Part shown: one piece after another, positions 26,056 to 40,333 of the stretch
Position numbering within the stretch: the stretch's first letter is position 1
How the letters are laid out: every line of letters begins with the position of its first letter
The notes under the pieces: model-generated
Told to the model about the DNA's origin: nothing
The model's input: only the letters and a program-made list of their open reading frames with translations
Database searches by the model: none
Translations under genes and position numbers: made by a program
Assembly: GCA_030704615.1 (NCBI GenBank)
Contig: CM060733.1
Coordinates: 38,006,001-38,070,000, forward strand
DNA from: Takakia lepidozioides
Lineage: Eukaryota > Plantae > Bryophyta
Length of the DNA: 64,000 nucleotides
Reading direction: 5' to 3'

Positions 26056-28410
26056 CACAAAACCAATGGCCAGCTTCTCACTGTGGTGGCAAAGAGAAAA
26101 TTCCCTTTCCTCCTCCCCCACATCATGCAATACAAAGCGCTTGTCAGGCACATACCCCGCCTCCTTCATCTGCCAGACAATGTTATCGGCTCAGCATGGA
26201 TTTCCTTAATTCTGGGATGCAACTTGTCATCTACAACGAAGGTGTGCACCCTGTTGCCAACCTCAATGCAGCAGCGACCTGGCTCCTTTCTAACCCCTCT
26301 GACCTTCATCATTCTTCTCACCTTTGCAGTATCATCCCACCTGCCAACTGCAGCATAGATGTTTGATAGCGACACATAAGTTGCGGCATCCTGTTCATCC
26401 CATTTGAGGATAGATGTTGCCGCACGTTCAGCCATCTCCACATTGAGCAGGCATCAAGCAAGGCCTTTCCACACCACAACATCTGGATTGATTGGCATCT
26501 TATTAATCAGATCCACTGCCTCATCCAGTTGTCCTGCACGTCCAAGAAAGTCCACCATACAGCCAAAGTGCTTTACTGACGGAGTGACACCATGATCTTG
26601 ATTTCCTTCATTCAGTTGGCCAGTGTGGCTGCATGCAGAGAGAAACTGTCCGGCTTCAAGCCATTCTTTTGCATTCCTTCAAATAGTTACAGGACCTCCC
26701 TATGACAACCATGCTGGGCATATCCTGCGATCATCGCGTTCCACGACACCACATTTCGTTCAGCCATATTTTCGAACACTCCCTTCGCATCCTCAATGCA
26801 CTCACATTTGGCATACATGTCCACCAGGGCAGTGTTCAGAATACATCGGGTACAATTCCAGCTTTGACGATGTCACCATGGACGTCTTTGCCCTTTTCCA
26901 GGGCTGCCAGCCTTGCACACGCATTGCAAACGGAAACAAACGTGATGTGGTCGGGCTTCACCCCTTCCCCCATCATTTGCTCATAGGTTTCCAAAGCCTC
27001 CATCCCCCGCCCTTGCTGTGCATACCCTGCATCGTTGCACTCCACGACACCAAATCTCGTTCAGCCATACTGTGGAACACTCCCTCCGCATCCTTGATGC
27101 ACCCACATTTTGCATACATGTCCACGAGGGCATTGTTCAAAATGACATCGGGTACAATGCCAGCTCTGACAATGTCACCATGGGCCTCTTTGCCCTTTTC
27201 CAGAGTTGCCAGGCTTGCAAACGCACACAAACGTGATGTGGTTGGGCTTCACCCCTTCCCCCATCATTTGCTCATAGGTCTCCAAAGCCTCCACCCCACG
27301 TCCCTGCTGTGCATACCCCGCAAGCATCGCGCTCCACGACACACATCTCGTTCAGCCATATTGTTGAAAACTGCCTTTGCATCCTTAATGCACCCAAATT
27401 TGTCATACATGTCCACCAGGGCAGTGTTCAGAATGACATCTGGTACAATTCCAGCTTTGATGATGTCACCATGGACCTCTTTCCCCTTTTCCAGGGCTCC
27501 CAGGCTTGCACACGCATTGCAAACACAAACGAACGTGACGTGGTTGGGCTTCACCCCTTCGCACATCATTTGCTCATAGGTCTCCAAAGCATTCGTACGA
27601 CACCCATGCTTGGTAAATCCTGCCAACTTATATTCCATGTGATCAAAGATTGTTGAGGCATTCTGTTGAACACTTGGTGAGCATCCATGATGCTCCCGCA
27701 CTTAACATACATGTTGACAAGGGTGTTGAGTAGAATCCACTTTGGATAATGTCAGTGTGCACCTGCTTTCCAGCTTCAAGGCCTTTTATCTTGATGCACT
27801 TATGCAAGAGACAGACATACGTATTGAATCTGCTGAAATGCCTCCTTGGTTTAAGATCTGTAGAGCCTCTTCCAGTCTGCCTGCCTCACAAAGCATCTTC
27901 ACATGCCCAGAAGTGCCAGAAGAGGCATTGTGGACTCCCTCTCTTGATCCTCTTCCAGAAGCTGTGGTCATGGTTGAGGTGCCTGATTTTATCAACTGTG
28001 CCGCTGTAGCTGCTGCCTTTAGTCGACCATCTACCCATAGAGGTTTCTTGTAGCTATTGATCCACAGGGAATCATAGGTAATCTTGTGCTTGAAATCTGG
28101 CCCTCTTGGATGAATCTGGACCCACACTCTATCCCTGCTCCTTCACCTATCCATGCCTCTGCACAAATCATGCATACATCCTTACCTTGCTGCTAGCAGC
28201 TGACAATGACAGCCTAGATTTGTTCCAGCAAACACCCCAACCCTACTTACCACACTAGTTCCTATGCTGACTTGCGTCTGCTTCCAACAGGCATTCACCT
28301 TTTTGCCTCGATTGTTCCACCATTGACTGGGGTCGGAAACGTATTCATTCCAGAGCTTCTCCTGGTCTCTGTTATCTGTTTTTCGATACTTTCCTGTTGC
28401 CACATTGGCA
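26056..28410 (-). pseudogene. PDF-motif/PLS-PPR/E/truncated-DYW pseudogene
   Basis: Spliced KLWNEYVSDPSQWWNNRGKK|IHPRGPDFKHKITYDSLWINSYKKPLWV running into VKMLCEAGRLEEALQIL; frameshifted PLS repeats; [20 protein letters not shown], then cut before CxxC. Confidence 0.85.
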
Positions 28411-28479
28411 GTAACATGTCAAAATCACTCCAAAACCACCATAGATCCACCAACGAGCTAACTTGCAGAATTCAACATG

Positions 28480-29170
28480 AAAATTTTGGGACGACTCTGA
28501 TAACAGGGAAAACAGGCTGAAATGTGTCGAAGAAGGTGCCTTCATTAGCAGTGCCTTGTTCTATCAATTGTGCTGCTGCCGCTGCTGTTTCCAGTTGACC
28601 ATCTACCAACGCAGATTTCTTATAGCTATTGATCCACAGGGAATCAGAAGTAATCTTGTATTTGAAATCCGGCCCTCTTGGATATACATCCTCAGCCGTG
28701 CTGCTAGCAGCTGACACTGACGGCATGAAGTTCTTCCAGCAAACACCCTAACCGTACTTATTACAGTAGTTCCAATTCTGAATTGCATCTGCTTCTCTCT
28801 GTAGTCCAACAGGCATTCACCTTTTTGTCTCCATTGTCCCACCATTGACTCGGGTCGGAAAAGTGTTCATTCCAAAGCTTCTCCTCATCTCTGTTATCTG
28901 TTTTTGGATACTTTCCTGCTGCCACATTGGCAGTAACTTGTCAAAGTCACTCCTAACCACCACAGATCCACCCAACGAGCTAACTTACAGAATTCAATAT
29001 GCATCTCAGGGCCAAGTCTGATGAGAGGGCAAAACAAGCTGAAATAGGTTGAAGAAGAAGGTGCCCTCACCACATTGTCCTTGACCTTGTGTCATGACCC
29101 ACGCAGGATTTACCCGACTATCAACCCAAAAGGACCTCTTGTGTGTGCTGCTTGTGTCTGTAGTCAGGTC
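28480..29170 (-). pseudogene. Additional degenerate PDF-motif exons (tandem ~525-nt module)
   Basis: EEKLWNEHFSDPSQWWDNGDKK|gt (ends 28821), YPRGPDFKYKITSDSLWINSYKK (~28600-28690), and WVDSRVNPAWV (~29095-29130). Confidence 0.75.
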
Positions 29171-29274
29171 ATGTCGGATCGGTATGTGAGAACCACCATG
29201 GTGCAGCTGAGCAGGCAGAGATTGAAACACGGCCTGCTAAGACCAAGCTGACTCTCCGAAGAACCTTGTAATTA

Positions 29275-30050
29275 TCAGGAAGAATACCAAATCATGGTAC
29301 TAACAGTAGGAGTGAGACCATGATCTTGATTCATGGAATCAAAGTAGTGACATCCTTCATCCACTAGGCCCACATGGCTACATGCAGAGAGAAGAGATAC
29401 GAACGTGATACTTTTGGGCTTCCAGCCTTCCTGTTGCATTCTTTCAAATAGTTGCACACCCTCCCTACCACAGCCATGCTGGGCACATGCTGCTATCATC
29501 CCACTCCATGAGACCAAATCTCTTTTAGCCATGCTGTTGACCACTTGACGAGCATCATTCATGCCCCCGCATTTGGCATACATGTCCCCAAGGGCATTCT
29601 CCAAATTAATGTATGGGACAATTCCAGCTTTCATAACGTCAGCATGGACCTCTTTGCCTTTCTCCAGGGCTCCTAGGCTGGCACAAGCATTGAGAACACA
29701 TATGAACGTGAACCTTCAAAGCTTCCCTACCACACCCATGCTGGGCATATCCTGAAATCACTGCACTCCACGAAACCACATTCTGTTTAGCCATCCTGTC
29801 AAACACTTGCCGTGCATCCATCATGCTCCCACATTTAGGATACATATCGATAAAGGTATTCTCCAAAATGATATCTGTCGCAATTCCACTCTTGCCGACG
29901 GCAACATGGACCTGCTTGCCCATTTCTAGGGCTTGTAGGGTGGCACAGGCATTGAGAATACAGTGAATGTGACCCTGTCATGTGTCACCAGCTCCCGCTG
30001 CATTCGCTCATAGATCTTGCAAGGCTCCCCACCACACCCATAACGTTGCA
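29275..30050 (-). pseudogene. PLS-PPR fragment (L-S-P..P2-L2), frameshifted and truncated
   Basis: [60 protein letters not shown]. Confidence 0.85.
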
Positions 30051-30433
30051 ATACTTAGTCAATTTCTTGACCTCTTTCGCAGGGAACAGGGGACAGCCAA
30101 GCATACACAGCGTGTACTCCTTCTCTGTTTCTATAGAGACTGCAATTCGATGCTCATTTGCGAGAATGCCCCCTCCATAGAAGATGCTTCACTGGGATGT
30201 TATTGCCAGTTGAAGTACACCTGAGACATTAAAACTGTTCTTCGAACCTCCTGCATTCTTATTCAACCGCACATCTGTAAGCGAGAAGGTTGTCAGCTGC
30301 ACCGGAGACTTGTCAGGACATCCACAGAGTTCATGGACGTAAGTAGGAGGCATGCTGAAGCGCCGCGAGGCAGGCATACCCGCTTCCATACATGGTTTTC
30401 TCTTTGGGCAACATGGGCAGCTCAAAACAAAAA

Positions 30434-30510
30434 TGACGACGATGACGACGACGACGTGGCTGACGACGATGACGTGGCCGACGACGATGACGTGTTGTGA
30501 CGACGATGAC
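30434..30510. repeat. Compound (GAC)n / ~18-nt minisatellite
   Basis: gacgacgatgacgtgg unit repeated about 4 times. Confidence 0.8.
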
Positions 30511-31463
30511 TATTGCACCCTACTCACGCTCCACGCTAAACTAGCTGTCGACCTTTGGTTGTCGCTAGAATTGGGAGGATTGAAGGACCGTTTCCGCAAG
30601 TCATCCCTTAAGTTATGTATGTGCCCAAGCAGTTTTTGCAATTGATCCAGAACTCAGGGATCAATTGGGATGTGGTCAGGCCAGTGGCAGGTGTTTGGCA
30701 CAGGGCTGCAGCATCCCATCCTTTGCCCAGGTTGCTGAGAATCTCGCATAAATAGCAGTCTCATTGTTCAGATTCCTTCGGATGTCTGCTTTAGTGAGTC
30801 AAGTCACACCATTTTTATGAAAGTCTTTTCTGTCTGTAGTTCCTTAGTAAGGGTCAAAATAACTGATTTACTAAGCAGCGACAGCAATTTATGAGAAAAA
30901 TGTTTCCAACAGCATTGGATTCATTGCTTCCATCCCCAGCACTGCCACATGCCAGAAAAACCTCTGTTGTGCATTTGGCTATAACTCTCCAAAAACACTT
31001 TGTGCCCACCAACAGTGGATAAAACCAATGCTTCAGATTTTTCAGATGAATTCAACAGGTTAAACCATTTCACCTGGTCATAAGTTCTTATATTCTGTGA
31101 GATACATAAATCACATCCACCTCATTTTTCAGGCCAACTTGGTTGGAAAGACACATGTTAATGAGACCTCAGGGTTTGAAATTAACCGCATACTTGCTCC
31201 ATGATCGAGCCTCCCAGGCACTTTGTAGTCAGCGAGTCACAGAAAGATGATGCCAGCTGAAGCTGGTCTGAATGTGTGCCCTTTCCAATGTGCAGTCTAT
31301 ACCAAATCAACGATTGTATGACTAATCATACTATGGAGGGTGCATTTTACAAGGAAACCTTTCAAATGTAAGATGGTGACAACCCAAAGGCATACTACAG
31401 AAAAAGTATGTTGGATGTCTGTTGCAAAATCTGCTCTACCCAGGGCCGGAAAAAATAATCCCT

Positions 31464-34400
31464 CTACAATTTGTGGATAGAGGAGAGATCTGCCAAATGG
31501 CGCATTGTTGGTCGGCCATGTGGGCAGTTCCATGGTGAATCCAGATCAGCCAAATGACACAGCACCTGTCACATATGGATGAAATATGCCACTCAGCTCT
31601 CAAAAGAAAATTGCCCCATCCGACTGACATACTGTGGCGCCTTGTCCAATCAGGGCTATAACGTGGCACAGCTTTGAGTGCAAGCAGATCTTTCCTCACA
31701 ACCACTTTCATTAAGTAATGTCTATGGCTGGGTAAGCTGTTCAGCCTCCTCATGGCACAGGCCAAGGGTCATATGGAGCTTGATGGCTTGCTAGTTATTC
31801 GTCACAACCTATATCCACTCCTGGCCTATGATTCGGCCATGGTTTAAAAGCTATTTATTTGAAGTTGTCTTACAGAGTACCAACAATTTGTAGTGGGAAT
31901 CAGATGTAACTGGCCAAAACTATTTATCCTTATCTTTGATAAATTTTGTTTCAATTGTTGGTTATTGGGCCATGTTTAAGTTGTTCTCTTACAGATACGT
32001 GGGGGAGAGCAAAAGGAAAAAGGAGCGAAGGAGAGTACAGCAATTTACCCGTTCCATCTCCTTCTTGCTCAGGGCATCACCAATCATGATGGACGAACGA
32101 CAAGCGCGTGATGCGAGCATCGCTCGCACTCTTGATGGGCGTACTGATATAGTCAGCTGGGTTCCACCATCAGTACTGTTGTGGGTTTCCTTCCCATTAA
32201 GGACCAACCCACTGCTGGGACTTGCCCCCCGCATGGCACTTTCCACAGGGATTGGGGCGGGTTCATTCGCAAGAAGGGCTACTAACTCCTGTACATCTGT
32301 AACATAGATTCGCCAGCCAAAACCAAGTGATATGGTCGAAACGATCAAATAGTGAACAAAATATACCGCCTCTCGAAAATATACACTGGACAAAAACTAC
32401 TGTCAATAGATTCAGAAAAGTTTGGGTACACAATGCAGAACTACAGTTTGGCACACCAAAATGTGGAAATAAAATATGTACTGACAAGGTGGTTTGTCAG
32501 TCGCCACAAGAGAAATACTGTCCCTGCTGAAGGGAAAATATCCTTTATATCATATCTTGGTATTTCCAAACAGCCCAGTGGCAGAAGAGGGTAGTGAAGG
32601 ACGAGTTTACCTCCAATACCGAATGTGATATTTTTGCTGAATGGAACAGCTGATAAGCGGAGCCGCTGGCCTGGAGGTGCTTCGTTGTCTTCAACAAAGT
32701 CAAAGCCATTCTGCCTGTTCACCGAAGACATACCATCACAGCAAATAAACCTTCAATATGTACTTCTGTATCGTAAAACTGAGTAGTAATAAAATGAAGC
32801 TGGCAAGGATGAGAGACCATGAAATACATGTGCAAAAGGTGCCTGTTAAGAAGTTCCCCTTCTTAATGAATGCTGAACTCTCAAGTAGACAATGAAGCCC
32901 TTCAAAGTTAATGAAGGTACCTGAATGTATGCAAATGTGTGGACACAATCACCTCTTCTGCAGCTGACAGCTCCACCAGCATTGGCCTGCACCCTCAACC
33001 TTTCATCATACATCACTACTCCCATAGACTGTTTTCCAGTGCCCTTCCTTTCCCTGCATCACACTGAGCTCTCTGCACGTGTACCCTCCCGTCCCTTGCA
33101 CTCTCTAGGCCACCAAAAATTTCCTGTCATGGTACTCAATGTTGAGGAAATCTTACCCTTGAGAACTTACTGTACAAGCATCCCATCCTAAAAGCATTCA
33201 GAGTAGATGAAGCTGTGTACCGCAAGAGAGGCTGGCGATTCAACACCGTTGTCTTAGACAATCGCTCAAAATTGAACTTCTCATCTGATGCATGCTGCAT
33301 GCCATCAATTCATCCATACATCCATCTTATATGCATGGAGATCTCCTGAAAATGATGTAACTAAAGCTGATTGTGTCCCTGCTGCCAAATGATGTACATG
33401 CCTAGCAAGGGGTGTAAGGAAAAAAGAGGAACCACTCTCTGTGCCTCATAGACTAACACAATGTACAGACAGTTGTTGCAGGGTTTTTGTTGGCAAAATA
33501 TGAGTGTATATATGTTTCTAAAACTCATATATGATCATGATTGCACAATGACAATCTGAAATACCAGGAAAAGATTGACTGAAGTCTGGCAATCACATCA
33601 TAACGAGAAGGATAATATTGACTCCAGCTCTCCGCGTATCTCTACCTCCACCCTCAAAGAATAATATCCACAAAAGAAAGAAAGAAGAAATACCTTTCAA
33701 ATCCACACAGGGTCACAAGGGCCCAAGAGCAAGAGAAAGATAAAGAGGTTCACACCTGGTCGATAATAAAAAGATCTTCATTGAGCCTTGCTAGAATGAA
33801 CCCCAAGTTGAACTGTCCAAGCACCTGCCTCAACCAACCAATCCACATTTGATTGAGACCAAGGATGCTTTCTGTACAAGGACAATTGTCTTGTACCACA
33901 TATGGGAAATAAAATTGGAGTTCCAATAGTTACAGAGACTAGATTTAAAAAATACTAATTTCTAAATCTTTTGATATCCTCGAGACACAAACTATGAATG
34001 TTTACAGCAAAAAATTCTTAAGCTCACACAGGAAGACCATTTTCTCTTAGTAAACAATCTTTACTGAGTTACTTCAGTAGCGTCCCTCAATAAAAAGTAT
34101 AGCTTGCAGACATACCAAATGGTTGGGACTTACAACCAAGATAAGGACTGTCCTTGACATGGATCTTCCAGTCCATTACACAGAAAAACCAACATTGTGG
34201 TGAAGGCCGGAAACAAAGTCCGTCACAGCAAACATCTCAGAACTTATGAACAAACCTTCATATGCTTGAAATCAGCTTTGTTGAAAGTGCGTTCCAGCTC
34301 TTTGGTGGCAGCAGCAAGTGCTGCTTCTTTCTCCATCTCTCCCTTGGACATGCCATCTGCTGCCAGTGTTGCAGCTGTAAATCCTCTGTCCCACCACCAA

Positions 34401-37400
34401 CCGATCCAATAAAACTCCTCTCTGTTTCTTCAATTCTTTTGTCCTTTCTGTCTCTATCCTCCGTCCCAAAGCTGATGTCTTCAAAGTGCAATGGTCTAGC
34501 CATCATATAGGCCTCCCTAGAACCCTAGAAATTATTGACCTAGATGTCAGAATTAGCTTTGAAACTTCAATGTTCACCTCATCCTTTTCGAAGGCCTTCC
34601 ACGGTTCGCAGCATGGAGTCTCTCATCACCACAATGCAACAGACTGCGATTGCTCTTCTGGCGGAGCTTCTCCAGATCAAATTGAACAACAGACACATCT
34701 TCTTGCGAATTTGAGGGAATCTGAGCGAATTTGCGAATTTCTGGCATTCTTTGACCACCTACAATGGAGAGCAAGTATGTAGACAGTAAAGCCTCAGCTT
34801 TCAGTCATATACAGATACAGGGTTTGAAATATCTTAAGTCAAGTCTCTCAACTTTAGTCCAAATCCCACATGCAGTGTTCATGCTATGAAGCCAATTGTC
34901 ATAAGGAGGCACTAACCATGTGGAATGGCTTGAGAGGCATAATCACTGGTTTCTTTCTCAGGAGACAAGGTAGCTTCCTCGTCCTCAAGCTCAGTATGCT
35001 TGCTAACATCACCTAGTGACCCCCGGGCCTTTTCGGAATATGTACAACACTTTAATGTGGGAGGTTCTTGGTGGTCAATGCACACTGCTGTGTCCTCCTC
35101 AAGCTCTTCCCTTACCAGTGTTGGTTCTGAAGAGGGGGGAGAAGAACCAATTTCAATGCGCTCCGCACAACAGAAAACTCTGTCTGTCTTTGTCTTGAAT
35201 GCACTACTTTCAACCTCTGACAGTGGAGAAGTATTTTCAAGCCTGGACCTGATCATTACAGCTTCCTTGTTACCAGTTTCCTCATCTTTGGTTAGTGCAT
35301 CCTCCCTGCCACCTCCAAACAACTTTATAAGTTCCCAGCAGACACTACATGATTGCATGGTATATTAATCCATGGATACGCAACTCTTTTGTCATATCAA
35401 AGTAAGCTCTGCTGGTTGGTACGCAGGATGGTACCCAGCCTCACTGCTTGTCCATCCATAACTCCTACTTTTGCCTGATGGCAGGACAAAGACAAATGGA
35501 CAATTGAGATGAACAGAGCTGATACAACAAAAAGGAGACAATTCTGAATACCTCTCTTCCTCGCGAGTCCTCTTGCTTCGGGATATGAACCCAGTGAGCC
35601 GAGATTGAACTATCTTTGAAGGTTCACAGCTAGAGAACCCATTCTTGCTATGAGGCCGAGCTGCCACAGCTAGATGCCCACCTCCACTTGATACCATACC
35701 AACCCTAGGTAGTGAAGCCTTGATAGCACCTTCACATTGAAAAGAGAGGAGATCCAGGGCCGGAGACTTTGCAGGAAGCCCTGATCTAATCTCTTGTCCA
35801 GGCATAGAGAATGGTCTGGTGTCCAATGCCCTTCTGTTCTTGATTGGTTCAATGTCCTCCATTTTTCCTTCATCGGATTGTGGACTTTCTCCAAGACTCT
35901 CAACAGAATCAGCCTCAATAGTGGGTGAGCTAGATTTCTTTGACTTCTCCTCGTCGACTACACATAGTCCGGGGTTGGCAGGTAGCTCCTTCACAGGTCC
36001 GGTTTCTACCTTATTTAGCATGAAAGTGTACTTATCGGGGGCATACACGCGGTCTAGAGCCTCTCTAAGGGCAACCAGGAAAGCATTCTCCATATGTAGG
36101 AACACCTTGCGCTTATCCGGAGTTACATTAACGTCATAGGCTGACGTAGGAAGAATAATGTTTAACACCGCCATTGGGTACTGCATAGAATTGAAGGACT
36201 TGTAAAGCTCATTGAATAATCTGCTAATCTTTGACAGGTCCACTGGCCGACCATTAATATAAAAGAACTGCCGGTCCCCTGAGGCCCTGTAGCAAAGAAC
36301 TAGTGAAAATGTGCGATAATGAAGGACTGCAGATGAAACACCCTTTGCCCTTCTTAGAATCGAAGGAAATAAGAGTCTACCCTCTGGCATTCACTCAAAG
36401 TAACGTCATGAATTGCATTGATAGACGAAAATGGTGGCCTCTAATATTTGTGTTGATTTCCCAGCAAATTTGGAATGTGTACAAACAGCAACGAGAGGGT
36501 GCAAGTTACCTGCCACAGCCTGCCCCAGGCTTGGAAACAAATCCCTCAACACGGCAACCGTCAGATACTGAGAGGTCTAAAGGCTCCAAGCATGCAGCAG
36601 TCTTGCTACCAAAAACAGTGATAATGTTATCCTTGACAGAGCTGCTGCCTTGAGTCTGCAAGACAGTTGATCGTCCACTTTTCCCCACTTGATTGGTGCA
36701 CACCAGACGCACCCCTTTGGCTATTAGGGCGTATGCCTACACATAAACAAGCTGCATCAGGGGCCTTCATGTCCAAATCCAATCCGCTCTTTCTATCTTT
36801 CTTCGCCTTTGGGATTTTCTTTACATTATAAAGCACCATTTCATTTCATTTCATTTACTGCTTCCTCTTCAGTAATTTGGCCAAGTGGAGGATATGGGAA
36901 TGTTAATAAGCACACCCTGACCCCACTGAGACCCAGAATGAGCCCATGAGATACACCAGCATGCCCTTAAGGCTTTGCCACAGACCTACACTGTCCCTCA
37001 GCCTTACTCCCCCTTCACAACAAAGGATACAGCCTTCACCTCATCCCCTCAGGGTTTCAAGAATACTTCTTAGAAACTCCTTGTGAATGGGAGGGAATGG
37101 GGGGTCCTTCGTTTGAAGGATTTTGGTGTGAAAGATCTACCAATGCATGCCAATCACAATTCTCAAACTCCACAGATGCGAGAGAAAGAAAGCAGGGAAA
37201 AACCTATACAATCCACTGGAAACCTTATGGAACAAGAGCGTGGAAAACACTAAGGAACGATGGCCTGAAGACCGAGTGCCTAGTGGAAATAAGCACCCAA
37301 GAATTTATGATCTTCATATCTGGATGCAACATACCTGCAACACAGACAAGAGGCGTCCATATTCACGTCGAATGTTCCGAATGAACTCCTTGTAGCGTAC

Positions 37401-38608
37401 AGGAAGTGGGGAAAAGAGCTTGGTTATGGCAACCGTCGTCCCCACTGCACGGGCGACATTGTCCTGGGAGAGTATAACACCTGAGTAGTCATATTCCAGG
37501 CGGGTTCCCACGGTTTCCTCCTTTGTTCGTGTGGTGACAGTAACATTTGACAATGCACATATAGAACTCAGGGCCTCTCCTCGAAATCCAAATGATGAGA
37601 GTGTTTGCAAGTCGGAAAATTCCGAGATTTTGGATGTGTTGTACTTGAGAGTTAGCGCCTGCAGCCCAATTTTGCACAACCCAATGCCTCAACACCAGCA
37701 CTTCCTATTCAGAGAGGTAGGATTTGATGCAGCAGAATACAGACTATTGTGGTATAGATAAATTTCTCTCCTGTTAAACAAAGAAGACGTAACTGAACAC
37801 GTGCATTTTCAAACCACTAACCAAACAGTTCCCTTTATCCCATCTCTATCCTCACACTAACACAAAATCCACACTAGACCGAATCCAGTCAGCAGTGCAT
37901 GCCATTTTTACTTTGGGTGAAATCCTGTGACCAATTTCAGGGGCTGGTATCCTCCTGTGCACTATGCACTTACAGGCACATACTGGCCAACAATGATGGG
38001 GAGCTGTCAAAGGAAAATTTCACGCCTTTCCCCAAGGGTCAATCTATGAAAACAAAAATAGCTTTTACATCTGCAAGGAACAAGTTCACCACCATAATTG
38101 AATCATAGCAGGTATCTCAAAGTCCCCTATTCTCCTTGCCCACCTGAAAATTCTCTGGCGATACGCCCGAGCCATTGTCAGCAACTTCAATAAGCGCAGC
38201 GCCATATTCCTTTAGTCGAATTTCAATGTTGGTGGCCCCAGCATCCAGGCTGTTCTCCACCAGCTCTTTCACTGCAGTTGCCAAATCTAGCACAACCTGG
38301 GCTCCCCTTACCACACAACGACATCCAAATGCACCAAAATTAGACAGTCACAGAATTTTGATGAGAGTGCTGAGCAGAATTGCAGCCTGGAAATGTCTCA
38401 TCGGATTTGAACCTCATACATAATACCTTTCAACATTCAGAGGTCAGAAGTTCAGACTACAATGAGTGAAAACTGTGCGATATACAGCATCCCTGTACTA
38501 GTAGACTGAAGTTGATTCTGGAATAAATCACACCTGGCCTGAACATATTCGATGGATTGCTGCTTTATCAATAGGTCGGATCTTTGCTGTCCCCTTGCTC
38601 TCCGCCAT
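31464..38608 (-). CDS. PMS1: DNA mismatch repair protein PMS1 (PMS2/MutL family), multi-exon
   Basis: IHRICSGQ|[72 protein letters not shown]|[36 protein letters not shown]; GT-AG junctions. Confidence 0.96.
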
Positions 38609-40333
38609 CTACCACTATTCACAGCCTCTAAATTCCTGCCACCATGAGGTAGAAACTGGTTATTCTTACAGGAGCGAGACCACCAATCATCAAATTGAGG
38701 TACAGTTGATGCTTACGTCTGAAGAGTCCCAGCGGGTAACTTAAACCCCTTGGTTCTAAGTGAGCCACACAAATGAGCCAACCTGGTGAGGCGAAGATGT
38801 GGCAGGTACAGCCTTATGCTACATCCTGGATTTTACTACTACCCGCACATTTCTAGTTTTGCCACATTGATCTTTTCAGATGCTTCTCATTTGTTAAAAG
38901 TTCGAAAATGTTTGAACATGCAGTCTGGGATTGCTCAGTTCAAAACACCAGATTTCCCTGTCAATGATGCATCTCGCAATCACGGGAGCTCACCATTCAC
39001 TGGTAATCTCTGGCACCAGATCCAGCACAACCCCACAACCGAGTCCAGGATAATTCAATATATCCCCACAATTGTTTCTCGATACCATTAGTCGCCATTC
39101 AGAGTCGCACTCGAGTTGTCTGACAGGGCTAGAGTCAAGCTCAACCTTCCAAAGAGTACGCTTTGGCCCCGAAAGAGCTACGCCAAACTGATGCTGAAAT
39201 TGCCGCCCAACTGCCCTGAGGACTGTGGCACCACTGTCACGGGTAAGAACCAGTAGCCATCTCTCGCAAACTGAGTCTCCCCGCCTTCAATTTCCACAGC
39301 TTCTTCCCACCGTTGATTTCTAATTCTCCCAGAGAAGTACTCAGTCGCGATGGCGAATCTCACATATAGCCCTAATTGATTCCACGGGTTTCACTGGTAG
39401 CAGATTTGAACGATGCTCGAGGGTCTTTGCGCCAAAATGGAGAGACAAACCGTTGGAGCTTATGGTAACTGTATATCTGAGGTGACATGTTGTTATCAGT
39501 TAACAATACTTTGGGGTAGCTTCACAGATAGTTGTAACGAATTACCCCAGCTTTTGATTCTATGAGAGGAAGAGTGTGTGAGTGTGTTGTCCTGCTGAAG
39601 CGTTTTAACTGCCGCCCCTCCACTGCCAAGGGCCAGTCCTTCCAACCATTTCTCTTGAGAGGGTAAAACGTTCCCCATACAAAGTTCGAGTTGAGTTCGA
39701 GACAACAAACAACTTTGTTATCTGAGCTGTTCGTTTCACTTCGAAGCCTGGTGGATTGGTGTGCTTACTCGGGTTTCATAGATGTACTGGCGTCGTGGTC
39801 ATGCAGTGGGGTTTTCTGGTGCACTTGTTTCACTAGGAGAGACTGCATGCAACAGGCACCTATGGACATTACACATTACCTCTTCTTGACCACAACATGT
39901 GGGGAAGTATTACTAACAAGGTGTTGATCTCTTGTGGGATGACTCTATTTCCATGCATCGGAAATCTGATATGGCCGAAGATTTCATGACTCTTGATCTC
40001 CATCCACTCCCCCACCCAACAGGAATGTGTTTCTCAAATAAAGATGACTCCAACACAATGTGGGTTTACTGAAATTAAGTCGCCCCCTAATTTTTTAAAG
40101 ATGGGTCTTCTTCAAACACAACTTCGGTATCATGTGCACCATTTCAACATCACATCGTGAAGACCAGAAAAGTAAACTGCTCAGTGCTTCAGCAATCTGG
40201 CCCATATCAGTGTGCCAGTCACTCCAACAAACTGTGCGCCTTGAGGACCCCTTCTTCCTCAATAATTTGGTTATCCCCCCTTGTTTGATGGCATGTGCAG
40301 TCATTCACTTTCTCTCATGCATGTCACATTGTT

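Noticed and set aside
26623-27656. Long plus-strand ORFs (318 aa and others)
   Set aside because: Antisense shadows of PPR repeats; the same applies to ORFs opposite PMS1, the PPR-DYW gene and the TEs.
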